Origin: a virus
DNA length: 64,000 nucleotides
Direction: 5' to 3' (one strand)
Virus record (IMG/VR): IMGVR_UViG_3300036790_000219
Location: 1 to 64,000 of that record
Within the stretch, counting starts at the first letter, position 1. Each line of letters begins with the position of its first letter. Below the pieces are notes generated by a model. The model had not been told where the DNA came from. It saw only the letters and a program-made list of their open reading frames with translations, and searched no databases. Shown one piece after another: positions 1 through 6,457 of this stretch. The translations under genes and the position numbers were made by a program.

Positions 1-15
1 TATTTTTTGAAAGCT

Positions 16-46
16 CCCTATACTTTGCGAGTATGTTGGTGTATAA
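16..46 (+). promoter_or_regulatory. putative phage promoter CCCTATACTTT-N15-TATAA (copy 1, upstream of tRNA array)
   Basis: Same motif and spacing at 8642 and 32162, each intergenic before an operon. Confidence 0.7.
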
Positions 47-240
47 GCTTCGTACTGTTAAGAGTCACTGTTCGAATATGCGTAGCGACTTTGCCGCCCC
101 TGGGCTATGTCCTAGGGAGCAGCGATTTTGCGTGTTGTTTGACATCGTGAACGTCCAGAATTGGGCGACGACTTTGTATACCTGCCTCCCTAACCGGGAC
201 GCGTAGCAGAAGCGTCGCCCGTTTGTCAATTTTTCAACTC

Positions 241-315
241 GCCGCCGTAGCTCAGCGATAGAGCAATTGTTTCGTAAACAATAGGTCGTCAGTTTGATCC
301 TGACCGGTGGCTCCA
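241..315 (+). tRNA. trnT: tRNA-Thr(CGU)
   Basis: Cloverleaf; ATTGT-TTCGTAA-ACAAT; CCA end. Confidence 0.9.
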
Positions 316-390
316 GCCAGTTTATCCTTAGTGGTAGAGGTCCTGTTTTGTAAGCAGGGTGTGTTGGTTCGATTCCAGCAACTGGCACCA
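316..390 (+). tRNA. trnT: tRNA-Thr(UGU)
   Basis: CCTGT-TTTGTAA-GCAGG; GTTCGA T-loop; CCA. Confidence 0.9.
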
Positions 391-399
391 TTAAATTTT

Positions 400-471
400 G
401 CCGTTTTAGCACAGTGGTAGTGCACCACATTGGTAATGTGGGGGTCAGTGGTTCAATCCCACTAGACGGCA
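400..471 (+). tRNA. trnT: tRNA-Thr(GGU)
   Basis: CCACA-TTGGTAA-TGTGG; no encoded CCA, abuts next tRNA. Confidence 0.88.
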
Positions 472-472
472 C

Positions 473-549
473 GCGTCGGTAGCCCAACGGTAGGAGGCGG
501 CTCCTTCAGAAGGAGTACAGTGTGGGTTCGAATCCCTCTCGACGCACCA
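473..549 (+). tRNA. trnL: tRNA-Leu(CAG), short variable loop
   Basis: GCTCC-TTCAGAA-GGAGT; CCA. Confidence 0.8.
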
Positions 550-555
550 TCTAAA

Positions 556-665
556 CAGATCGGATAACAGGAGCATTGGTCGCAAGCCAATCAAGTCACC
601 GGTCTGGGCTGGTGTTCCGTAGGACGCTGCGGCCTGTGATGGGGTTTAACCCTCAGATGCCAGCC
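556..665 (+). ncRNA. putative structured RNA (two folded domains) between tRNAs
   Basis: Stems CAGATCGG/CCGGTCTG and GGCTGGTGTT/GATGCCAGCC with internal hairpins. Confidence 0.4.
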
Positions 666-674
666 AGTTATTTT

Positions 675-752
675 GCCCCTGTAGCCCAAACGGTAAGAGG
701 CACCTGCTTCAAACCCAGGATAGTGTCAGTTCGAATCTGACCAGGGGCACCA
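675..752 (+). tRNA. trnL: tRNA-Leu(CAA), short variable loop
   Basis: CCTGC-TTCAAAC-CCAGG (C.C at 31-39); CCA. Confidence 0.8.
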
Positions 753-754
753 GT

Positions 755-852
755 TCAGATGATCGGTAGACCAGAATGGGCCTTAATGGGATTCGCCGAC
801 GTGAATGTACGAAACGGTTACCATCTGCCTTCAGGGCCGGTAGCTCATCTGA
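755..852 (+). ncRNA. putative multibranch structured RNA
   Basis: Closing stem TCAGATGA/TCATCTGA with nested GGCC and ATGG/CCAT helices. Confidence 0.35.
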
Positions 853-871
853 TTCGATTGATTCGCTTTTT

Positions 872-960
872 GTGGGTATGCTCGGAATGGTAGACGGCGC
901 GGACTTAAAATCCGTAGAGGCTGAAAAGGCTTGCAGGTTCGAGTCCTGCTACCCACACCA
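872..960 (+). tRNA. trnL: tRNA-Leu(UAA)
   Basis: GCGGA-CTTAAAA-TCCGT; long variable arm; CCA. Confidence 0.92.
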
Positions 961-1017
961 ATTTTAGAGGAAGCTATGGCAACTCCCTCTTAAAGAATAC
1001 CCGCAATTGAAGAGCAC

Positions 1018-1092
1018 GTGCGCTTAGCTCAGCGGTAGAGCGTCTGTTTTACACGCAGAATGTCGGGGGTTCGATCCCCTCAGCGCACACCA
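1018..1092 (+). tRNA. trnV: tRNA-Val(UAC)
   Basis: Cloverleaf, TAC anticodon, CCA. Confidence 0.88.
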
Positions 1093-1151
1093 CTTGATTT
1101 TATTATAACTTTGTTGAATTAATGCCTACTAAAAATATACGGTAGCAACAT

Positions 1152-1227
1152 GGGTCTTTAGCTCAGTGGAATGAGCGTCTCTTTGACATGGAGAAGGCCG
1201 CTGGTTCGACCCCAGCAAGACCCACCA
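1152..1227 (+). tRNA. trnV: tRNA-Val(GAC)
   Basis: TCTCT-TTGACAT-GGAGA; CCA. Confidence 0.9.
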
Positions 1228-1234
1228 ATAATTT

Positions 1235-1308
1235 GTACCTGTAGCTCAACGGTAGAGCACACGGCTGATAACCGTGCGACGAAGGTTCAACTCCTTACTG
1301 GTACACCA
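1235..1308 (+). tRNA. trnI: tRNA-Ile(GAU)
   Basis: CACGG-CTGATAA-CCGTG; CCA. Confidence 0.9.
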
Positions 1309-1359
1309 CATATAAAAGGAACTTCAAATCATGAGCAAGGATCGAAAACGGGCCAATAC

Positions 1360-1434
1360 GGACCCGTGGTGTAATAGGTAGCACGCTCGACTTTTAATCT
1401 TGAAGTCTGAGTTCAACTCTCAGCGGGTCTACCA
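1360..1434 (+). tRNA. trnK: tRNA-Lys(UUU), mismatched anticodon stem
   Basis: CTCGA-CTTTTAA-TCTTG; acceptor GGACCCG/CGGGTCT; CCA. Confidence 0.75.
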
Positions 1435-1444
1435 TTAAAATTTT

Positions 1445-1520
1445 GTGCCTTTAGCTCAGTTGGTAGAGCACCGTCCTCTTAAGTCGGGGGTCCTCGGTTC
1501 GAACCCGAGAAGGCGCGCCA
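1445..1520 (+). tRNA. trnK: tRNA-Lys(CUU)
   Basis: CCGTC-CTCTTAA-GTCGG; CCA. Confidence 0.88.
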
Positions 1521-1540
1521 AAAAAAAAAAAAAAAAAAAA
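1520..1540 (+). repeat. A21 homopolymer
   Basis: Run of 21 A starting at the CCA terminus of tRNA-Lys(CUU). Confidence 0.9.
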
Positions 1541-1542
1541 TT

Positions 1543-1629
1543 GTCCTCGTGGCGGAATTGGTAGACGCGCAACGTTGAGGCCGTTGTGGAGAAATACCGG
1601 TGCTGGTTCGATTCCAGTCGAGGACACCA
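1543..1629 (+). tRNA. trnL: tRNA-Leu(GAG)
   Basis: CAACG-TTGAGGC-CGTTG; long variable arm; CCA. Confidence 0.9.
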
Positions 1630-1634
1630 CTTTT

Positions 1635-1709
1635 GCGTCGTGATGCATCTGGTGAGGCAATCGGTCTGTCTAACCGACGAGACGGGTTCAACCCCCGTAC
1701 GACGCGCCA
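1635..1709 (+). tRNA. trnD: tRNA-Asp(GUC)
   Basis: TCGGT-CTGTCTA-ACCGA (U37); CCA. Confidence 0.87.
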
Positions 1710-1716
1710 AAATTCA

Positions 1717-1885
1717 GCTGATGGGTCCGGTGTCTGACGGTACAGCGGTACCAGACCCTGCCGGCTGCGTAAAACGGGACAATAGGGGTTTGTGTGTTTT
1801 CCCGTCCCTGAGCAACACGGAGTACCGAAGCCGCCCGTTGCTCATCCTGATCAGACGTAGGGCCTCTGATTACAACCCGACCAGC
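1717..1885 (+). ncRNA. putative ~170-nt four-hairpin structured RNA
   Basis: Hairpins GTCTG/CAGAC, ACGGGA/TCCCGT, TGAGCAAC/GTTGCTCA, TGATCAGA/TCTGATTA closed by GCTG..GGGT/ACCC..CAGC. Confidence 0.5.
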
Positions 1886-1905
1886 ATGCGGGGCACTCAA
1901 TTTTA

Positions 1906-1982
1906 CAGGGTACAGCTTAGTCCGGAAAAGCGCACGCCTCGGACGCGTGAGACCGCTGGTTCGAATCCAGCTACCCTGACCA
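1906..1982 (+). tRNA. trnP: tRNA-Pro(CGG)
   Basis: CACGC-CTCGGAC-GCGTG; CCA. Confidence 0.88.
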
Positions 1983-1987
1983 ATTCG

Positions 1988-2063
1988 GTGCACGTAGCTC
2001 AATCGGTAGAGCCGGTCGCTCATAACGGCCTCGATGCTGGTTCGATCCCAGCCGGGCACACCA
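1988..2063 (+). tRNA. tRNA-Met/Ile2(CAU)
   Basis: GGTCG-CTCATAA-CGGCC; CCA; Met vs Ile2 not resolvable by eye. Confidence 0.82.
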
Positions 2064-2084
2064 ACTCAGGAAGGAGGTTAGCAA

Positions 2085-2624
2085 ATGCAGAACTATCCCG
2101 CACTCGTTTTGAATGCTGACCTTCAGCCGGTCAACTATTTCCCGTTGTCGTTGATCACGTGGGAAGACGCAATCAAGGCTGTCTATGAAAAGACACACTT
2201 TGTGGTTGCTGAATATGAGCGCATAGTTCATAGCCCGTCGATCAGGATGAGGATCCCTTCGGTTCTAGCTTTGTGTAGATATCAGCCGGTTCCGAAGCAT
2301 GTCGCCTTCACGCGGTTCAATGTATTCTTGCGGGACCGCTTCCGTTGTCAGTATTGTGGTAGGAAGAAGCACGACAGCCGGGAGTTGACATTTGACCACG
2401 TACGTCCTCGGTCACAAGGTGGCCAGACGTGTTGGGAGAACGTTGTAGCGTGCTGCTCACCTTGCAACACGGAGAAGGACTGTCAAACTAGTATGCGACC
2501 ACTTCGGTTGCCACATCAGCCAACGTCTTCTGAGTTGATGGCGGCGAAGCGTGCGTTCCCGCCGAATTATCTGCATGAGACCTGGCGCGATTATCTCTAT
2601 TGGGATACCGCGTTGGAGCGTTGA
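2085..2624 (+). CDS. HNH endonuclease (McrA/HNH_5-like)
   Basis: LVLNAD start; RDRFRCQYCG..LTFDHVRPRSQGG..WENVVACCSPCN; RBS GGAGG. Confidence 0.9.
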   Translation: MQNYPALVLNADLQPVNYFPLSLITWEDAIKAVYEKTHFVVAEYERIVHSPSIRMRIPSVLALCRYQPVPKHVAFTRFNVFLRDRFRCQYCGRKKHDSRELTFDHVRPRSQGGQTCWENVVACCSPCNTEKDCQTSMRPLRLPHQPTSSELMAAKRAFPPNYLHETWRDYLYWDTALER

Positions 2625-2637
2625 GTATATGTTTTGA

Positions 2638-2714
2638 TTTCCGGTAGCTCAATGGATTAGAGCACAACCCTCCGAAGGTTGAGGTTGCTGGTTCGAGTCC
2701 AGTCCGGAAAACCA
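2638..2714 (+). tRNA. trnR: tRNA-Arg(CCG)
   Basis: CAACC-CTCCGAA-GGTTG; CCA. Confidence 0.92.
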
Positions 2715-2716
2715 AT

Positions 2717-2820
2717 ACGGATGGCGTAGATAGCGGTTACTTCGTTGGTTGAGGAACTGAGGTTCGCCTCAGTTTGGCCGGTTCAAATCCGGCAGAAACC
2801 GTCGTCGTTTGTTCCTCCGT
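2717..2820 (+). ncRNA. Y RNA 1 (Ro60-binding stem, T-arm-containing domain)
   Basis: TGGCGTAG-N4-CGGTTACTTCG ... TTGTTCC motif; closing ACGGA/TCCGT; T-arm GCCGGTTCAAATCCGGC. Confidence 0.75.
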
Positions 2821-2828
2821 TGAATTTG

Positions 2829-2918
2829 GGAAGGTCAACTCGTCAGGGTGTGAGCATCGCTTGGAAAGCGATTGGTACGTTAATAGCGTATGAGGATCGT
2901 GTCCTCGGCCTTCCGCCA
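2829..2918 (+). tRNA. trnS: tRNA-Ser(GGA)
   Basis: ATCGC-TTGGAAA-GCGAT; long arm; atypical T-loop ATCGTGT; CCA. Confidence 0.83.
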
Positions 2919-2939
2919 GTACTAAGGGATAGCTTACTT

Positions 2940-3488
2940 ATGCCAAAACGTGAGAAGCCACGTAAATATCCAAAGTGGGTGGTGAGGGTAGATGATGACG
3001 GTAAATTGTGGCGAAGGTTTGTTGAGAAACGCCGCGCAAGGTATACTGTTGGTTTCGAGCTTTCCTTTGAGCAGTTTTGTTCATTGTTGGTAGCCGCAAA
3101 GATAAAGAGTTCGGATATTGGCTTAAATAGATTCCATCTCGCTCGAATTGGCGATGAAGGTCCCTACGTCTTAGGATGTTGCCGCTTCCTTTGGTGTACC
3201 AAAAATACTGCAGAAATACGATCGGAGCGGCGTTATCGACCATTTGGAAACAAGATTTGGTTGGGGCGTACTCACACGTTAAAGACGCGTAAGCAGATGA
3301 GTAATTCTCATTTGGGTAAGCACGGCGGAACACTTAACTCACAATTTGGTCGTTGTTGGATAACCAAGAAGGGTGTTGATAAAAAGATTGCTGCTTCTGA
3401 ATTAACGTCCTACCTAAAGCGGGGCTTTAAGAGAGGGAGAGCAAAACCGTTTGGGAGCAGTAGCCAGCGGCCTGGCAGCGAGCCTTGA
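2940..3488 (+). CDS. free-standing HNH-type homing endonuclease with NUMOD3-like tail
   Basis: HLARIGDEGPYVLGCCRFLWCTKN His-Me-like motif; HTLKTRKQMSNSHLGK; start reassigned to ATG 2940. Confidence 0.7.
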   Translation: MPKREKPRKYPKWVVRVDDDGKLWRRFVEKRRARYTVGFELSFEQFCSLLVAAKIKSSDIGLNRFHLARIGDEGPYVLGCCRFLWCTKNTAEIRSERRYRPFGNKIWLGRTHTLKTRKQMSNSHLGKHGGTLNSQFGRCWITKKGVDKKIAASELTSYLKRGFKRGRAKPFGSSSQRPGSEP

Positions 3489-3538
3489 AAACTCGTAGCA
3501 CGGAAATGTGTGGGGATCGACACCTCACTGCTCCGCCA
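3454..3538 (+). tRNA. trnS: tRNA-Ser(UGA)
   Basis: CGAGC-CTTGAAA-ACTCG; acceptor GGAGCAG/CTGCTCC; CCA. Confidence 0.8.
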
Positions 3539-3542
3539 ATTA

Positions 3543-3632
3543 GGAGACATGGCTGAGTCCGGCTTAAAGCATCGCTCTCGAAAAGCGACACACCGCAAGG
3601 TGTCCTCCGTTCGAATCGGAGTGTCTCCGCCA
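3543..3632 (+). tRNA. trnS: tRNA-Ser(CGA)
   Basis: TCGCT-CTCGAAA-AGCGA; long arm; CCA. Confidence 0.92.
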
Positions 3633-3638
3633 AATTGA

Positions 3639-3712
3639 CGCGCGGTAGTGGAGGAGCTCCATAGAAGCCTCATAAGCTTCAGACCCCAGTGCAACTCTGG
3701 GCTGCGCAACCA
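3639..3712 (+). tRNA. tRNA-fMet-like (CAU)
   Basis: C1.A72 mismatch; GAAGC-CTCATAA-GCTTC; lacks the three G-C pairs of initiators. Confidence 0.75.
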
Positions 3713-3716
3713 AATT

Positions 3717-3808
3717 GAGTGGGAATATGTGCACGACGGCAAGGTGCCACCTGTCTGTAAAACAGGCCCTCTAAGGAGGCGGAGGTTCGACTCCTCTCCC
3801 ACTCACCA
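3717..3808 (+). tRNA. trnY: tRNA-Tyr(GUA)
   Basis: CCTGT-CTGTAAA-ACAGG; long arm; CCA. Confidence 0.85.
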
Positions 3809-3942
3809 TTTGATTACTTTTCTCAAGTGCAGTATGTTTAGCGTGTGTAGTAAATTGGCCAATGGAGGTATACAAATGAAGAAGCCTAGACAGCTTCGAT
3901 AACACAAATTAAAAAGACCTTAGAGATGATGTTATATAGGAT

Positions 3943-4013
3943 GGGCATGAGTTGCTATGGTTAGCGGGGCCGTCTGAAAAGCGGCCCTACGGAGTTCGAT
4001 TCCCTGTGGCTCG
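3943..4013 (+). pseudogene. degenerate tRNA-Phe(GAA)-like element
   Basis: GGCCGT-CTGAAAA-GCGGCC arm and GTTCGATT T-loop but imperfect acceptor and no CCA. Confidence 0.45.
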
Positions 4014-4019
4014 CTGTTG

Positions 4020-4225
4020 GTTTGGTCGGAATCGGTAGGCCAGACTATTTTGCCCGCGCCGATGACTTTCTTGCCTGGTGGAGAGAACCGTGGCACGTGT
4101 CTAGAGGAGGAACTCCAAGAGGGTTCCTTAAACAGCCTTGAATGATCAGAGGGCACGTAAGCAATGGTGTGGATCCAATCTGATTGTCCCTTTTGTCGAG
4201 ACAGGGGCAAATAAAGTCTCGACAA
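4020..4225 (+). ncRNA. putative structured RNA ending in H-type pseudoknot
   Basis: TTGTCCCT/AGGGGCAA interleaved with TTGTCGAGAC/GTCTCGACAA; upstream hairpins. Confidence 0.45.
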
Positions 4226-4232
4226 CCAATTT

Positions 4233-4307
4233 GCGGATGTAGTTCACCGGCAGAACGTCTCGTTGCCAACGAGAAAGTAGTGGGTTCAATTCCCACCATC
4301 CGCTCCA
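4233..4307 (+). tRNA. trnG: tRNA-Gly(GCC)
   Basis: TCTCG-TTGCCAA-CGAGA; U73; CCA. Confidence 0.92.
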
Positions 4308-4378
4308 ATAAGGTGCCGAATGCTTTATCAGGCTTAAATGTGAGCAGGAAAGCTAACCTCACAGCCTTAAAAACTATT

Positions 4379-4453
4379 GCCCAGGTAGCTCAGTGGTAGA
4401 GCACTGCACTGAAAATGCAGGTGTGGATGGTTCGATTCCATCTTTGGGCACCA
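4379..4453 (+). tRNA. trnF: tRNA-Phe(GAA)
   Basis: CTGCA-CTGAAAA-TGCAG; CCA. Confidence 0.93.
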
Positions 4454-4457
4454 TTTT

Positions 4458-4529
4458 GGGCCGGGCACTAGGGTGCAGCTGATCCTTGCAAGATTGGCGC
4501 GGTGGGTGCGGTCCCCACTCGGTCCACCA
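4458..4529 (+). tRNA. trnA: atypical tRNA-Ala(UGC)
   Basis: G3.U70, A73, loop CTTGCAA; shortened D region; T-loop TGCGGTC. Confidence 0.7.
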
Positions 4530-4622
4530 ACTATGCAAGTATCTGGCGCGAGTCATGTTGCGCTGGCCCTACTTGCTAGAGAGTGGGAACCCCGGTGCAC
4601 CGCAAGTACCACTCTCGCTTTT

Positions 4623-4699
4623 TCGAGGCAAGCGCACTAGGTGTGTGCACCTGACTGTTAATCAGGCCGCGCTCGGTTCGAATCCGAGGCCTCGAGCCA
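4623..4699 (+). tRNA. trnN: tRNA-Asn(GUU)
   Basis: CCTGA-CTGTTAA-TCAGG; CCA. Confidence 0.9.
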
Positions 4700-4703
4700 A
4701 TTC

Positions 4704-4779
4704 GCTCCCTTCCTCTAGCGGCTTAGGAGGTCGCCCTCTCACGGCGAGAACATGGGTTCGAATCCCATGGGGAGCGCCA
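4704..4779 (+). tRNA. trnE: tRNA-Glu(CUC)
   Basis: TCGCC-CTCTCAC-GGCGA; CCA. Confidence 0.92.
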
Positions 4780-4788
4780 AAGTTTTTT

Positions 4789-4864
4789 GCTCCTATAGCT
4801 CAGTGGATAGAGCGCCGTGCTACGAACGCGGATGTCGGGGGTTCGAATCCCTCTAGGAGCTCCA
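4789..4864 (+). tRNA. trnR: tRNA-Arg(ACG)
   Basis: CCGTG-CTACGAA-CGCGG; CCA. Confidence 0.92.
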
Positions 4865-4866
4865 AT

Positions 4867-4944
4867 CTGTGCATAGCTCAGCCTGGCCAGAGCACCTGCC
4901 TTGGGCGCAGGGGGTCGCAGGTTCAAATCCTGCTGCGCAGACCA
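4867..4944 (+). tRNA. trnP: tRNA-Pro(UGG)
   Basis: CCTGC-CTTGGGC-GCAGG; CCA. Confidence 0.93.
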
Positions 4945-4950
4945 AACTAA

Positions 4951-5026
4951 TGCCCGTTAGCTCAGCTGGTAGAGCACAACACTCTGAATGTTGGGGTCAT
5001 CCGTTCGAACCGGATACGGGCTTCCA
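4951..5026 (+). tRNA. trnQ: tRNA-Gln(CUG)
   Basis: CAACA-CTCTGAA-TGTTG; U1.U72; CCA. Confidence 0.85.
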
Positions 5027-5032
5027 AAATAT

Positions 5033-5106
5033 GGCAAAGTGGCGGAGTGGTTACGCAGCGGTCTGCAAAACCGTTTACACCGGTTCAATTCCGGTCTTTG
5101 CCTCCA
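5033..5106 (+). tRNA. trnC: tRNA-Cys(GCA)
   Basis: GCGGT-CTGCAAA-ACCGT; U73; CCA. Confidence 0.93.
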
Positions 5107-5147
5107 ACTCTAGGAAGTGCGCACCTAGACGGTGAAGGCCGCCGTGG

Positions 5148-5225
5148 CCTGGGAGGGTTGTCAAGGCAAAAGTATAGGTGACTACCGGGTTGATCGCCGT
5201 GTCGCTTATTGAGCCTGAGCCCAGG
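5148..5225 (+). ncRNA. putative long bulged hairpin RNA
   Basis: CCTGGG/CCCAGG, AGGC/GCCT, ATAGGTGAC/GTCGCTTAT, CGG/CCG. Confidence 0.4.
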
Positions 5226-5234
5226 ATGATTTTT

Positions 5235-5311
5235 GCTCTCGTAGCTCAGTGGACAGAGCGCCAGGCCTCTACCCTGGGACGTCGTGGGTTCGAATCCTAC
5301 CGAGAGCGCCA
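5235..5311 (+). tRNA. trnR: tRNA-Arg(UCU) with C33
   Basis: CCAGG-CCTCTAC-CCTGG; A20 in D loop; CCA. Confidence 0.8.
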
Positions 5312-5334
5312 ATTACTTTTACTTTGTTCATAAA

Positions 5335-5410
5335 GATCCCATAGTTCAGCGGATAGAATGCTGCGGTCCTAACGCAGAGGTCGCTGGTTCGAATCCAGCT
5401 GGGATCGCCA
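5335..5410 (+). tRNA. trnR: tRNA-Arg(CCU)
   Basis: CTGCG-GTCCTAA-CGCAG; CCA. Confidence 0.88.
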
Positions 5411-5419
5411 AGTTTCAAG

Positions 5420-5698
5420 AATTCTCCGGTTTGAGCATAGTTCCGGAGAAGGATGGCACTGAATGGTTATGATGGGAAGTGCGAACGGACGCGGGGGCAG
5501 TACCCGCCACCTCCACCATGCGGGGGTGAACCAGGATCGACGCCGCGCGGAATTCGTAACTTGTGCTCGGTGAGAGGCCCACGTTAGTGGCTGACAAACC
5601 ACAGATGCCAACGACAACGTTGTGCAGCTCAGTAGTTACGCCGCGAGGCGTAAATACTGAACCGGGTTCGGGTGGCACCTGGGAACAGAAGCCACCCA
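5420..5698 (+). ncRNA. ssrA: permuted two-piece tmRNA (alphaproteobacterial type)
   Basis: Acceptor piece ending CACCTCCACCA (5518) precedes GGGGGTGAACCAGGATCGAC (5522); G3.U70; tag ANDNVVQLSSYAARRKY* at 5607-5660. Confidence 0.9.
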
Positions 5699-5705
5699 CT
5701 TATTT

Positions 5706-5799
5706 GGAGCGTTGGCTGAGTCCGGCTTAAGGCAGCGGTTTGCTAAACCGTCACACGTCGTAAGATGTGTCCCGAGTTCAAATCTCGGACGCTCCGCCA
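5706..5799 (+). tRNA. trnS: tRNA-Ser(GCU)
   Basis: GCGGT-TTGCTAA-ACCGT; long arm; CCA. Confidence 0.93.
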
Positions 5800-5841
5800 A
5801 CTTCACCAAGGAAAGAAACATGGGCGGGTAAGCTAACCATC

Positions 5842-5915
5842 GCGGGTATAGCTCAATGGTAGAGCCAACGCCTTCCAAGCGAAAGACCGGGGTTCGATCC
5901 CCCGCACCCGCTCCA
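5842..5915 (+). tRNA. trnG: tRNA-Gly(UCC)
   Basis: CGC-CTTCCAA-GCG; U73; CCA. Confidence 0.88.
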
Positions 5916-5919
5916 AAGT

Positions 5920-6034
5920 TCTCGTGGCGACAGGAAATACACACCTCAGCAGTGTTGGATCGAAATGAAGTTTTTCTTAACGGAAAAAGCTAGCTGAGCT
6001 CTGCGAAGGCCAAGTAACTCAGCCCACGAGACCA
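5920..6034 (+). ncRNA. putative structured RNA closed by 8-bp stem followed by CCA
   Basis: TCTCGTGG/CCACGAGA-CCA; internal AGTTTTTC/GAAAAAGCT and GCTGAG/CTCAGC. Confidence 0.4.
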
Positions 6035-6110
6035 AGTCATTGTGTACTCAGCGACCGATGCTGAACATGAAAGATTTTACGGGCGACGAAGAGCTAGGAA
6101 GAGCAAACCG

Positions 6111-6323
6111 ATGACGGTGAAGACGAATGAAGACCGTATCCAGCAAGCAATTAACCTTGCTATTAGTTACGGTGGAATCGATGGTAGTCACCACAAAACA
6201 TGGGTGATTGACCAGATGTTGAGAGTTTTAACAGGCAATCTTTATGATAAGAGCATTGCCGAAGCTAGATCAGGCGAAGATGGTCCTGAGACCTATGATT
6301 GGGATGTAGGAATACCCCCGTAA
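6111..6323 (+). CDS. small phage hypothetical protein
   Basis: YGGIDGSHHKTWVIDQM motif, recalled from phage hypotheticals; ATG 6111. Confidence 0.65.
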   Translation: MTVKTNEDRIQQAINLAISYGGIDGSHHKTWVIDQMLRVLTGNLYDKSIAEARSGEDGPETYDWDVGIPP

Positions 6324-6375
6324 GCTAAATCCATAATGTTCCTGCCCAAAGTTCCTGCCCAAACGCGCGTGATTT

Positions 6376-6450
6376 GCTCCCTTCCTCTAGCGGCTAGGAG
6401 GCCGGACCTTCACTCCGGTAACGCGGGTTCGAGTCCCGCAGGGAGCACCA
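6376..6450 (+). tRNA. trnE: tRNA-Glu(UUC) with C33
   Basis: CCGGA-CCTTCAC-TCCGG; CCA. Confidence 0.85.
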
Positions 6451-6457
6451 ATTTTGA

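Noticed and set aside
4458-4529. tRNA-Cys reading
   Set aside because: The stem register gives UGC, and G3.U70 with A73 indicates Ala; a canonical Cys tRNA exists at 5033.
5235-5311. Amber-suppressor (CUA) reading of this tRNA
   Set aside because: The perfect CCAGG/CCTGG stem centres UCU; Arg identity elements are present, and TAG ends normal genes (e.g. MCP), so there is no sign of recoding.
550-6040. Theta/HDV, hammerhead, twister, RNase P or SRP RNAs in the spacers
   Set aside because: Core consensus sequences (HDV L3 plus P1.1, CUGAUGA..GAAA, GAGGAAAGUCC, SRP helix 8) were not found by eye; a covariance search is still advisable.
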